From: Ruminiclostridium sp.
GTDB lineage: Bacteria > Bacillota > Clostridia > Oscillospirales > Ruminococcaceae
Assembly (NCBI GenBank): GCA_017935365.1
Contig: JAGBHT010000033.1
Span: 25,697 to 89,696 of the forward strand
Direction of reading: 5' to 3'
DNA length: 64,000 nucleotides
Shown here: piece by piece, positions 53,412-61,697 of the stretch
Layout of the letters: each line of letters opens with the position of its first letter
Position numbering within the stretch: the stretch's first letter is position 1
Position numbers and translations under genes: made by a program
The notes under the pieces: model-generated
Told to the model about the DNA's origin: nothing
The model's database searches: none
The model's input: only the letters and a program-made list of their open reading frames with translations

Positions 53412-55248
53412 TTCTCCGAGAAGAGGACCCGGTGCACCCGTGGAAAAGGCAAAGGATTTCAAGGGCAGTATCGGAAAACTCGCAAAATATATGAGCGAAT
53501 ATAAGCTCTCACTTATCTTTGTTGTGATATTTGCAATAACATCAACTGTTTTCAATATAATCGGTCCTAAACTTATGGGTAATGCCACAACCGAAATATT
53601 CAACGGCATTATCGCTAAGGTAAACGGCACGGGTGATGTGAATTTTGACGCACTTGGTTCAATATTGCTTCTGCTTATAGGCTTCTATCTTATCAGCAGT
53701 ATCTGTTCGTTCATACAGGGCTGGCTGATGACGGGCGTTTCTCAGAAGGTCAGCTACAGACTGCGTAAGGAGCTTATCGCCAAGATAAACCGTCTGCCGA
53801 TGAATTATTTTGACCGCAGTACAAACGGTGAAGCTCTTTCGAGAGTTACAAACGATGTGGATACTCTTGCACAGAACCTGAACCAGAGCATAACACAGCT
53901 CGTCACATCGATAACGACTATTATCGGCGTGGTTGTTATGATGTTGTCTATAAGCCCTCTTATGACGCTTGTGGCACTTCTTATATTACCGGTATCGCTG
54001 GCACTTGTACTTATAGTTGTAAAGATTTCACAGAAATACTTCAAGTCACAGCAGGAATATCTCGGTCATATAAACGGACAGGTTGAAGAGGTATACGGCG
54101 GTCACAATATCATAAAGGCTTTCAACAGGGAAGAACGTGTTATAAAAGACTTTGATGAAGCAAACGATGTTTTATATAAATCGGCTTGGAAATCACAGTT
54201 CTTCTCAGGCATAATGATGCCGGTCATGACTTTTGTCGGAAACCTCGGTTATGTCGGAGTTGCCGTACTCGGCGGTTTTCTTGCCGCAAACGGAACAATC
54301 ATGGTGGGGGATATACTGTCATTTATCCAGTATGTAAAGAACTTCACACAGCCGATAAACCAGCTTGCACAGGTATCAAGTATGCTCCAGTCAACAGTGG
54401 CTGCCGCTGAACGTGTATTTGAATTCCTTGCAGAAGGCGAAGAAGTTCAGACTGCAAAGGAACACGCTATGCTTACCGATACATCGGGTAATACAAGAAA
54501 TGTGACAACTCTCGATATAACAGGCGATGTGACATTTGAACACGTCCGTTTCGGCTACAATCCCGAAAAGATAATCATTAATGATTTCAGTGCAGAAGTA
54601 AAGCAGGGACAGAAGATAGCGATAGTCGGTCCTACCGGTGCGGGAAAAACCACTATAGTCAAGCTCCTTATGCGTTTTTATGAACTTAACGGCGGAAGAA
54701 TACTTGTTGACGGTTATGACATTGCCGACTTTGACAGGAGCGAGCTGAGAGAACTGTTCGGAATGGTACTCCAGGATACCTGGCTGTTCAAGGGCAGTAT
54801 TATGGAGAATATCAGATACGGTAAGCTTGACGCTACTGATGAAGAGGTTATCGCCGCCGCCAAAGCCGCACATGTTGACCATTTTATAAGAACGCTTCCG
54901 GGCGGTTATGATATGGAGCTCAACGAGGAAGCGTCCAATGTATCGCAGGGTCAGAAACAGCTTCTGACTATTGCAAGAGCAATTCTTGCAAATAACAAGA
55001 TACTCATTCTGGATGAGGCTACAAGCTCGGTCGATACCCGTACAGAGATACAGATACAAAAAGCTATGGACAACCTTATGAAGGGCAGAACAAGCTTTAT
55101 TATCGCACACCGCTTGTCTACTATAAAAGACGCCGACCTGATACTGGTACTGAAAGACGGCGATATAATAGAGCAGGGCAGTCACGAGGAGCTTTTAGAG
55201 AAAAACGGCTTCTATGCAGAGCTTTATAATTCTCAGTTTGATAGCTGA
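53404..55248 (+). CDS. Type IV ABC exporter subunit (TMD+NBD, consensus site)
   Basis: GPTGAGKTT, VSQGQKQL, ILDEATSSVD; overlaps its partner (TM287/288-like heterodimer). Confidence 0.93.
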   Translation: MRNSPRRGPGAPVEKAKDFKGSIGKLAKYMSEYKLSLIFVVIFAITSTVFNIIGPKLMGNATTEIFNGIIAKVNGTGDVNFDALGSILLLLIGFYLISSICSFIQGWLMTGVSQKVSYRLRKELIAKINRLPMNYFDRSTNGEALSRVTNDVDTLAQNLNQSITQLVTSITTIIGVVVMMLSISPLMTLVALLILPVSLALVLIVVKISQKYFKSQQEYLGHINGQVEEVYGGHNIIKAFNREERVIKDFDEANDVLYKSAWKSQFFSGIMMPVMTFVGNLGYVGVAVLGGFLAANGTIMVGDILSFIQYVKNFTQPINQLAQVSSMLQSTVAAAERVFEFLAEGEEVQTAKEHAMLTDTSGNTRNVTTLDITGDVTFEHVRFGYNPEKIIINDFSAEVKQGQKIAIVGPTGAGKTTIVKLLMRFYELNGGRILVDGYDIADFDRSELRELFGMVLQDTWLFKGSIMENIRYGKLDATDEEVIAAAKAAHVDHFIRTLPGGYDMELNEEASNVSQGQKQLLTIARAILANNKILILDEATSSVDTRTEIQIQKAMDNLMKGRTSFIIAHRLSTIKDADLILVLKDGDIIEQGSHEELLEKNGFYAELYNSQFDS

Positions 55249-55306
55249 TACACCGCACTTTTTGCATAGTTTATAAGTGAAACTTGCAGATTTAGCGTAC
55301 ATACTA

Positions 55307-55335
55307 TTGACAACCACTGAAAAAAGCTGTATAAT
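55307..55335 (+). promoter_or_regulatory. Consensus sigmaA promoter
   Basis: TTGACA(55307-55312)-17 bp-TATAAT(55330-55335). Confidence 0.75.
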
Positions 55336-55344
55336 AATATCAGC

Positions 55345-55379
55345 AAAGGCGCAAAGCAGAAATGTTTTGCGCCTTTTTT
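55345..55379 (+). terminator. Intrinsic terminator with GAAA tetraloop, immediately after that promoter
   Basis: AAAGGCGCAAAGCA-gaaa-TGTTTTGCGCCTTT (one G-U pair) ending in six T. Confidence 0.8.
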
Positions 55380-55409
55380 ATATTGTGTGGACAGCAGGAA
55401 GGTGTAAAT

Positions 55410-56093
55410 ATGGACAAGAAAGTATTTAAGGACAGACTTGCAGAAAACGAATATGAAAATATAAATGTACTACAGCTTTTCGGATTGCAGGATGATGTGT
55501 ATGTCGGCGGCAGTATAGAGATTTATCACAAGCCGTGCGGACATACCGATACCGTGATATTCAGGCAAGGAATTTACGAGAACACCGTCAACGACTGCAT
55601 AAACGACTATTGCAGTGAATGCAGACGCAAAATGAATAACACCGTTGAATTTGTTAAAAGCTATATTGAGTGGCTGTATGTTGATGTGATTACCGATATT
55701 CACGGCAGAAAGTCAATACTTGAAGACGGAGATTACAGGGAATTTTTCAAGAGTGATATCAATCTTGATAAATTTGTAAAACAGAATTATACCGATTCTC
55801 CGATTGAACTTATGACTGCCATTGACAGATTTATTTCAGATAACCCACGCTCGTTTACCGATGAAAGCGGCAGAAATGTTTCTACCGTCAAGATAGACAC
55901 GATCAAGAACCGTATAACTCATTTCAGAAACAAGTGCGGTATTTCCAGAAAAGAACTTTCAGACAAGACAGGAATAGCTTTCAAGACAGTAGAAAATTAT
56001 GAACTCGGACGGACAAAGCTTACCTCAATTGCGGTCGACAATGCTTTCAGAATAGCGCAGGTACTTGGAATAAGCGCAGAATATCTTATATAG
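55410..56093 (+). CDS. Protein with putative N-terminal Zn-binding motif and C-terminal XRE HTH
   Basis: HKPCGH...YCSEC; C-terminal FRNKCGISRKELSDKTGIAFKTVENYELG; GGAAGGTG RBS before ATG 55410. Confidence 0.75.
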   Translation: MDKKVFKDRLAENEYENINVLQLFGLQDDVYVGGSIEIYHKPCGHTDTVIFRQGIYENTVNDCINDYCSECRRKMNNTVEFVKSYIEWLYVDVITDIHGRKSILEDGDYREFFKSDINLDKFVKQNYTDSPIELMTAIDRFISDNPRSFTDESGRNVSTVKIDTIKNRITHFRNKCGISRKELSDKTGIAFKTVENYELGRTKLTSIAVDNAFRIAQVLGISAEYLI

Positions 56094-56099
56094 CGAATC

Positions 56100-56128
56100 T
56101 TGACAATACGCCCAAAAGCGAATATACT
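56100..56128 (+). promoter_or_regulatory. sigmaA promoter for the M14 pair
   Basis: TTGACA-17 bp-TATACT. Confidence 0.7.
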
Positions 56129-56160
56129 TATATCAACACCAGATTTGCAGAGGTAATCAT

Positions 56161-57093
56161 TTGTTACAGGATGTTGTATCTGTTTCGCTCCCTGTAAACG
56201 AGCGGATGAGAATAAAAAAGAATCATTTTGAACCGTATAACCTGACCGGTAATGAAAAACGTATCTGCATAGTTACGGGTATACACGGTGATGAGCTGGA
56301 AGGGCAGTATGTTTGCTATGAACTTATAAGAAGACTCAGCGAGAACGGTCATCTTCTGAACGGTATTGTTGACATCTATCCGTCTATGAATCCGCTTGGA
56401 ATGGATTCGATAAAACGTGAAATGCCGATATTTGACCTTGATATGAATATGATATTCCCCGGTTCGGAAACCGGTGCGGTAGCAGAACATATAGCCGCCG
56501 CTATTATGAACGATATCAAGGGCGCAGATATATGTATCGATATCCACGCAAGCAATATATTCCTGCGTGAAATACCGCAGGTGCGCATTTCGAAAGAAAC
56601 TGCGCCTAAGCTTTTGCCTTATGCAAAAATGCTGAATGTAGACTTTATATGGGTACATTCAAGCGTTACCGTTATGGAGGCGACGCTTTCCCACAGCCTT
56701 AATAAGGCGGGAACTCCGACACTTGTTGCAGAGATGGGAGTTGGTATGCGCATTACAAAGTCATACGGCGACCAGCTTCTTGACGGTATTTTCAATCTGA
56801 TGTCAAAGATGGGCATATGGGCAGGAGAAACAAGAAACGTATCTCACCCGATAGTGTCCACGGACGGTAATGTTTCATTGATCTATTCAGATACATCGGG
56901 TATTTTTATGCCGACAATAAAGCACTGGGCAGGAATATCAAAGGGCGACCATATAGGCGATATACTTGACCCTCTTACAGGAACTGTCGAGCAGGAAATA
57001 TTTGCTCCGTGCAGCGGAATCGTATTCACACTGCGCGAGTATCCTGTGGTTTACGAAGGCTCACTTCTTGCGAGAATACTGGGAGGGTGCTGA
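56161..57093 (+). CDS. Succinylglutamate desuccinylase/aspartoacylase (M14-like) protein
   Basis: GIHGDE (HxxE), DIHAS, AEMG; C-terminal lipoyl-like domain. Confidence 0.85.
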   Translation: MLQDVVSVSLPVNERMRIKKNHFEPYNLTGNEKRICIVTGIHGDELEGQYVCYELIRRLSENGHLLNGIVDIYPSMNPLGMDSIKREMPIFDLDMNMIFPGSETGAVAEHIAAAIMNDIKGADICIDIHASNIFLREIPQVRISKETAPKLLPYAKMLNVDFIWVHSSVTVMEATLSHSLNKAGTPTLVAEMGVGMRITKSYGDQLLDGIFNLMSKMGIWAGETRNVSHPIVSTDGNVSLIYSDTSGIFMPTIKHWAGISKGDHIGDILDPLTGTVEQEIFAPCSGIVFTLREYPVVYEGSLLARILGGC

Positions 57094-57095
57094 AA

Positions 57096-58031
57096 ATGAC
57101 AAAGGAAAATATAGTAACGTTGAAATCACCCTATCGTGATGATTTTGAGATAAACGGGTACAGATTCGGCAAAGGTGAGAAAACCTGCTGTATAGTCGGT
57201 GCGATGAGAGGTAACGAGGTACAACAGCTCTATGTTTGTTCGCAGATAATCAGGGCTCTGTCAAATATCGAGAAAAAAGGCGATCTGGCTCACGGTAAGC
57301 AGATCATGGTCATCCCGTCGCTGAATCCTTTTTCGATGAATATTCAGCGCCGTTTCTGGTCTGTAGACAATACCGATCTCAACAGAATGTTCCCCGGTGA
57401 CGCAAACGGTAAGACAACACAGAGAATAGCCGCCGGCATTTTTGATTTTATAAAGGAATATCAGTACGGCATTCAGTTCACGTCGTTCTATATTTCGGGC
57501 GACTTTATCCCCCATGTCAGAATGATGGATACCGAGCACAAGAATATCGGTCTTGCAAATCTGTTCGGTCTGCCGTATATACTGCTCAGAAAGCCCAAGC
57601 CGTTTGATACGGCAACGCTTAATTTCAACTGGCAGAATTCAGATACAAGTGCATTTTCGGTCTATACAAACGAAACAGAACATATTGATGAAGAATCAGC
57701 ACATATAGCTGTCGGAGCCGTACTGCGTTTTCTTTCGAGAATGGGTGTGATAAAATATCAGAGCCACGGAGGATATATGGCTACCACTCTTGAAGAAGAA
57801 CATCTGATGTCCGTTCACGCACAGAGCGGCGGAATATACCGCAGGATAAAACAGCCGGGTGATGAGGTAGAGCAGGGCGAAGCAATGGCTGAAATACTTG
57901 ATCCTTTCGAGGGCACGGTTATTGAGGAAATCAAAGCGCCCGCAAACGGCATTGTGTTCTTTGCGCATAAATCTCCTCTTGTACTCGAAAATTCGGTAGT
58001 GTACAAAATAATCAAAAGACTTCATATATGA
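57096..58031 (+). CDS. Second M14/AstE-like paralogue lacking metal ligands
   Basis: GAMRGNE, DLNRMFPG, QFTSF; ATG 57096 after a GGAGGG RBS. Confidence 0.8.
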   Translation: MTKENIVTLKSPYRDDFEINGYRFGKGEKTCCIVGAMRGNEVQQLYVCSQIIRALSNIEKKGDLAHGKQIMVIPSLNPFSMNIQRRFWSVDNTDLNRMFPGDANGKTTQRIAAGIFDFIKEYQYGIQFTSFYISGDFIPHVRMMDTEHKNIGLANLFGLPYILLRKPKPFDTATLNFNWQNSDTSAFSVYTNETEHIDEESAHIAVGAVLRFLSRMGVIKYQSHGGYMATTLEEEHLMSVHAQSGGIYRRIKQPGDEVEQGEAMAEILDPFEGTVIEEIKAPANGIVFFAHKSPLVLENSVVYKIIKRLHI

Positions 58032-58036
58032 TCAGA

Positions 58037-58114
58037 ATATCCGCGCCGTAAAGGACGCGGATATATTATTATGCAAAAAAATCAGCCGCACAGGTCAGGT
58101 ATTACCTGTGCGGC
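58037..58114 (+). terminator. Two tandem hairpins closing the M14 operon
   Basis: ATATCCGCG/CGCGGATAT (58037-58064) and GCCGCACAGGT/ACCTGTGCGGC (58085-58114) followed by GTTTT. Confidence 0.7.
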
Positions 58115-58700
58115 GTTTTAAGGTGTTGATTGACGGAAAAGCTTGGATAATGTTGTTGCTGTCATCGGTGCAGTTTCTTATGATGGGGTTAATTTTTTAG
58201 AATTTTACCGATGGTATCTGAGTATTGCGGAATGACTTTTAAAAAACACCTTCATATATATAAACGTATGAAACGCAAAAACCTGACATTAAAAATCGCC
58301 AAAATCAAAGATTTTGTATGAATGCACAAATAAATTTATATTTATTGTGCAATTAAACCAGAGCATATATGCTAAAAATGGATATAAATGATAGAAATGT
58401 TTATATTGTCAATTTTATTGATTCAGATTCAAACGATGAGCTTTTAAGCTTGTTATTTTCAATAAGCATTTGTAGCTGAGCAAACTTTATCCGAAGTAAA
58501 TGCGGTGCAGAAAAAGAAATCTACTTTATCATTGATGGGGTTATCTCGACATATATTACAATTCACGGTATAATATGAATATACATTTACTGTAATTGTG
58601 TCAAATATTCGTCTTAGTTCTCTATGCTCGTATAATGCTCCGGTTATATTTAACCCATATCAACAGATACGCCGTTATGTTATGCAGGAGGTGAATTAAT

Positions 58701-59153
58701 ATGAAGCATCTGAAAAAATTGAACTTTGTTGTGTTGCCTTTAGCTATCTGGGCGATTACGGTTATCTATGTGCTGCTTAACAAGTTTATCGGCACGTTCA
58801 CTCAAAACATGGAGCCTTCTCCCGTTATTCTGACTATTCTTGTTTTAATATTTAACTTGGGATTACAGCTTTTAATAATATGTGCAAGCACAATTTATGC
58901 GGTGAAAAAGCTTAATTTAACTCTCAAAAGGGTAGTAATATCATTGCCGATTTTGTACTTGTTGTTTGGATTGTTTTCCCCGCCGTCAATATACTTGTTT
59001 GTTTTTACAGATAAATGGAGTTTCTTTTCTGTACAACATCCTGCAATGCTATCTTGGAAAGCGTCTATTTTCATAACTGTGCAATACGGTATTGTTATGC
59101 TGATAACGACGCTGATTGCTTGCAGAAAGAAGTGTGCAAGTGATCAAAAATGA
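58701..59153 (+). CDS. Hypothetical membrane protein (about 4 TM)
   Basis: AGGAGGTG RBS; four hydrophobic segments; AT-rich. Confidence 0.75.
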   Translation: MKHLKKLNFVVLPLAIWAITVIYVLLNKFIGTFTQNMEPSPVILTILVLIFNLGLQLLIICASTIYAVKKLNLTLKRVVISLPILYLLFGLFSPPSIYLFVFTDKWSFFSVQHPAMLSWKASIFITVQYGIVMLITTLIACRKKCASDQK

Positions 59154-59228
59154 AGATTTATTTTCAATATTCGCCGTTATGACGGATACAGTTTTCGGCA
59201 AAGATTACAGAAAGGAAAAGATAACAAT

Positions 59229-59705
59229 ATGAAAAAACACCCGTTGCTTTTTAATTTCATTTTAACGGTGGCGATTCAGATAGGTGTATATCTGATTGAA
59301 ATATTTGAATTGCAAATAATTGAGCCTATGCTTCAAGCGATGGGAGTCAGAAGTGAAGGAATATTGCCGCCTACGGCAGTAGTAAGGCTCATTGTTTTCA
59401 GTGCAGTCTTGATAGCGGCGGCAATTGCGGCAGGTGTTATTCGCTCAAAGGTTTATTTCTGGATACCGTCATTCCTTTTGATATTTGTTGGATTTGCGAT
59501 TTATTATCCTGATAATCTTTCAAGAATCAAGGAAGACAACATGATCAATTTGCCGTGGATAGCGGAACATTTTGGTTATGGTAGTATAATGTATTCTGCT
59601 ATCTGCATAGCTGTAGCTAAGTTCCTTTTTCAGCTTCTGCCTTATTCAATTATCCGTATACTGTTACTTCGGAAAGACCGCAAACAAGGCGAACGCACTC
59701 ACTGA
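59229..59705 (+). CDS. Hypothetical membrane protein (about 4 TM)
   Basis: AAAGGA RBS; four hydrophobic segments; AT-rich. Confidence 0.75.
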   Translation: MKKHPLLFNFILTVAIQIGVYLIEIFELQIIEPMLQAMGVRSEGILPPTAVVRLIVFSAVLIAAAIAAGVIRSKVYFWIPSFLLIFVGFAIYYPDNLSRIKEDNMINLPWIAEHFGYGSIMYSAICIAVAKFLFQLLPYSIIRILLLRKDRKQGERTH

Positions 59706-59793
59706 TGAAAGAAACAAATACAAAATACGCTGACATCACGTCCGGGCAAATAGCGGCTGATACTTTCTGGTCATCAGCCGCATTTTTGCATAA

Positions 59794-59826
59794 AAAAAGA
59801 AGTCACAATTTTTGTGACTTCTTTTT
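59794..59826 (-). terminator. Terminator hairpin directly downstream of the tRNA 3' fragment
   Basis: AAAAAGAAGTCACAA-ttt-TTGTGACTTCTTTTT. Confidence 0.8.
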
Positions 59827-59848
59827 GGCGCAGAAAGAGGGATTTGAA
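59826..59848 (-). other. att site: 3' fragment of a tRNA (probably tRNA-Ser)
   Basis: Minus strand TTCAAATCCCTCTTTCTGCGCCA = T-loop, T-stem 3' arm, acceptor 3' arm, G discriminator and CCA; 9 bp from the integrase stop; the 5' part of the tRNA is absent. Confidence 0.8.
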
Positions 59849-59857
59849 TTTTAAAAC

Positions 59858-60409
59858 TCATAGCAAATCGTTGATAGCTTTATTAACTTTGTCAGCTACA
59901 CGGCGGTGTTCTTCGTCGAATGTATGTTGATAAATTGTTTTAAGCATATACGGTGTGCTGTGACCAAGTCTTTCCATTGCATATTTATCTGAAATGCCTA
60001 ACTGCAACATAAGACTTGCATTAGCGTGTCTGAGGGAATGCATTGTAAAGCGTCGCATACCGTACTTTTCCTGCAACTTGAAAAATCTATCTAAAATCAT
60101 ATTAGGCGTAAGATTGTTTACGATATAATCGCCCTTATGTTCGATAGAATCAAGTCTTTTTATCAAATAGTCGGGTACAGCAAGCTCTCTCGTGCTTGTA
60201 AAACTTTTATTTGTGCTTTTTTCGATTAATTTGTTATTTTCGTTTGGCACAATTGCACCCTTAACGTAAATACGGCAATTACGATAATTGCTCCACTTCA
60301 GAGCTTGAATTTCTGATTGTCGCAAGCCGAGTAATAATGCAAACAGTACAGGTATTTCAATATCTTCGCCATAAACAGATGATATAATCGTGTGCATCTC
60401 ATCAGGTGT
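59858..60409 (-). pseudogene. Tyrosine integrase, catalytic domain only (5'-truncated)
   Basis: GLRQSE, HSLRH, LGH and TIYQH catalytic motifs are present. The frame extends only a few codons (TPDE) upstream of ATG 60397 before a TGA inside a palindrome; no N-terminal DNA-binding domains. Confidence 0.85.
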
Positions 60410-60426
60410 GCGTCACTGTGACGCAC
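60408..60426. repeat. Palindrome family, copy 1
   Basis: GTGCGTCAC-t-GTGACGCAC. Confidence 0.85.
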
Positions 60427-60457
60427 CTATACATCGGAGCGTAAGCGTATACGGGTG

Positions 60458-60527
60458 CAACTCCCGTAGCTCTGAAAGTAAAAGTGTGACCGGAGCGTCC
60501 GGTGCGACACCGTGTCGCACTTGAAAT
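60458..60527 (+). repeat. Direct repeat A containing palindrome copy 2
   Basis: CAACTCCCGTAGCTCTGAAAGTAAAAGTG, an 18-nt insert, then the GTGCGACAC-c-GTGTCGCAC palindrome (60502-60520). Confidence 0.8.
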
Positions 60528-60566
60528 TGACATAAGTTAATGCAACGTGATAGAATAGGAGTAGAA

Positions 60567-60941
60567 ATGAAAAACAACTACTATTGCCGAGCGTGGTACA
60601 AAGGCAAAAAACGTAAAAATCTTGAGCAGGCAGTGTCTTTATTAAAGCAATTTGACTGGTGTGACTGCAATGAATTATCACAGGACAAGCAGAATACTGC
60701 AAGAAAAGTATTGAATAACCTCTCTGCGATTATGGCTGTTACACCGTATGATAAGAAGAAAGTGGAAGTGATCGACGAACAGCGTTACATAGAAATTCTG
60801 ATGAGAGCGTTCAAATATCTTTTGAAAAACGATTATTGGAATTGCTGTCACGAATTATCGGATTTTTTCGAGCTTGAGCCTGTTTTTCAGCCACACATAG
60901 CATACGCAACACAAAAATTACTTGAAATGGCGGTAAACTAA
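60567..60941 (+). CDS. Hypothetical helical protein (124 aa), first gene of the cassette
   Basis: AGGAG RBS; stop overlaps the next ATG (TAATG). Confidence 0.75.
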   Translation: MKNNYYCRAWYKGKKRKNLEQAVSLLKQFDWCDCNELSQDKQNTARKVLNNLSAIMAVTPYDKKKVEVIDEQRYIEILMRAFKYLLKNDYWNCCHELSDFFELEPVFQPHIAYATQKLLEMAVN

Positions 60942-61639
60942 TGTTTATAAAGAAGAAAATCAAAAAACGTTTTATTGATAATAAGCATCAATTCAATTGT
61001 GTCTATGAATATGTCAGAAATACTGCTGATGAAGTTGACAAAAAGACAGCAATAAAGTTTTGCGATTATGTTATCGACATTCTGTGCAAAAACATAGAGA
61101 GTAATATGCAATTGAATTTTATAAATCATAATGTTGATGATTTTGTTCTCCCATTTCACGAAAATGAATACGAAAATGAAAATCCATATTCTTCATTCAT
61201 TTGGTTTCCTGTCAGCGTAACAGTAAAAGGGAAACCTATTAATATTGAAACTGATTCTATGATCGACATAGATTTAGCCAAATGTCACTTATTTTGTAAT
61301 ACTCGTAAAACTAACTCGTTGTTGAAGTTATTAAAATATATAAGTGATTCCGGATTTTATTTTGATAAAGACAGTCACCGTGCTATGTATATAGAATATC
61401 TGAATGTTTGTACTTTTGTGAGCGATGGCGTGCATTCTCTCTAAATAGCACATCATCTCAAGCAGGGAAAGATAACGGCAAAATTAGTTGATATAACTAC
61501 AATATTCCCGTATGTCGATACGGACGGCGATTATTGGTATGTAAATGGCGATACTTATAATGAGTACCTTGCTGAAGATTATAGGTTTTGCTTGATTTAT
61601 GAGATAGCAAAATTCAAGTACGGACTTGAACACGAATAA
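60941..61639 (+). pseudogene. DUF6710-like protein interrupted by an in-frame TAA at 61442-61444
   Basis: After ...VSDGVHSL* the same frame continues for 64 sense codons (IAHHLKQGKI...DTDGDYW...YEIAKFKY) to TAA 61637-61639. The family call is from memory of the G-[NV]-H-S / TDG..W motifs. Confidence 0.7.
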
Positions 61640-61645
61640 AATAAT

Positions 61646-61697
61646 CAATTCCAGTAGCCCTGAAAGTAAAGGTGCGACATCGTGTCGCACCTTAAAT
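61646..61697 (+). repeat. Direct repeat B containing palindrome copy 3
   Basis: CAATTCCAGTAGCCCTGAAAGTAAAGGTG (25/29 identical to repeat A), overlapping AAGGTGCGACAT-c-GTGTCGCACCTT (61669-61693). Confidence 0.8.

Noticed and set aside
54391-55185. Long antisense or alternative-frame ORFs (also 11241..11834, 21011..21673, 22510..23052 and many shorter ones)
   Set aside because: They overlap well-supported genes and show no motifs or RBS.
59826-59848. Intact tRNA gene
   Set aside because: Only the last 23 nt are present; upstream on the minus strand is the integrase stop, not D and anticodon arms.
60527-60556. Promoter TTGACA-18-TAGAAT for the cassette
   Set aside because: Its start site would fall downstream of the AGGAG RBS, so it cannot be confidently assigned to the gene at 60567.
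60408-61697. CRISPR array or classical integron
   Set aside because: Only three unevenly spaced palindromes, no cas genes, no attC R/L boxes that I can identify, and the integrase resembles phage/ICE types rather than IntI.
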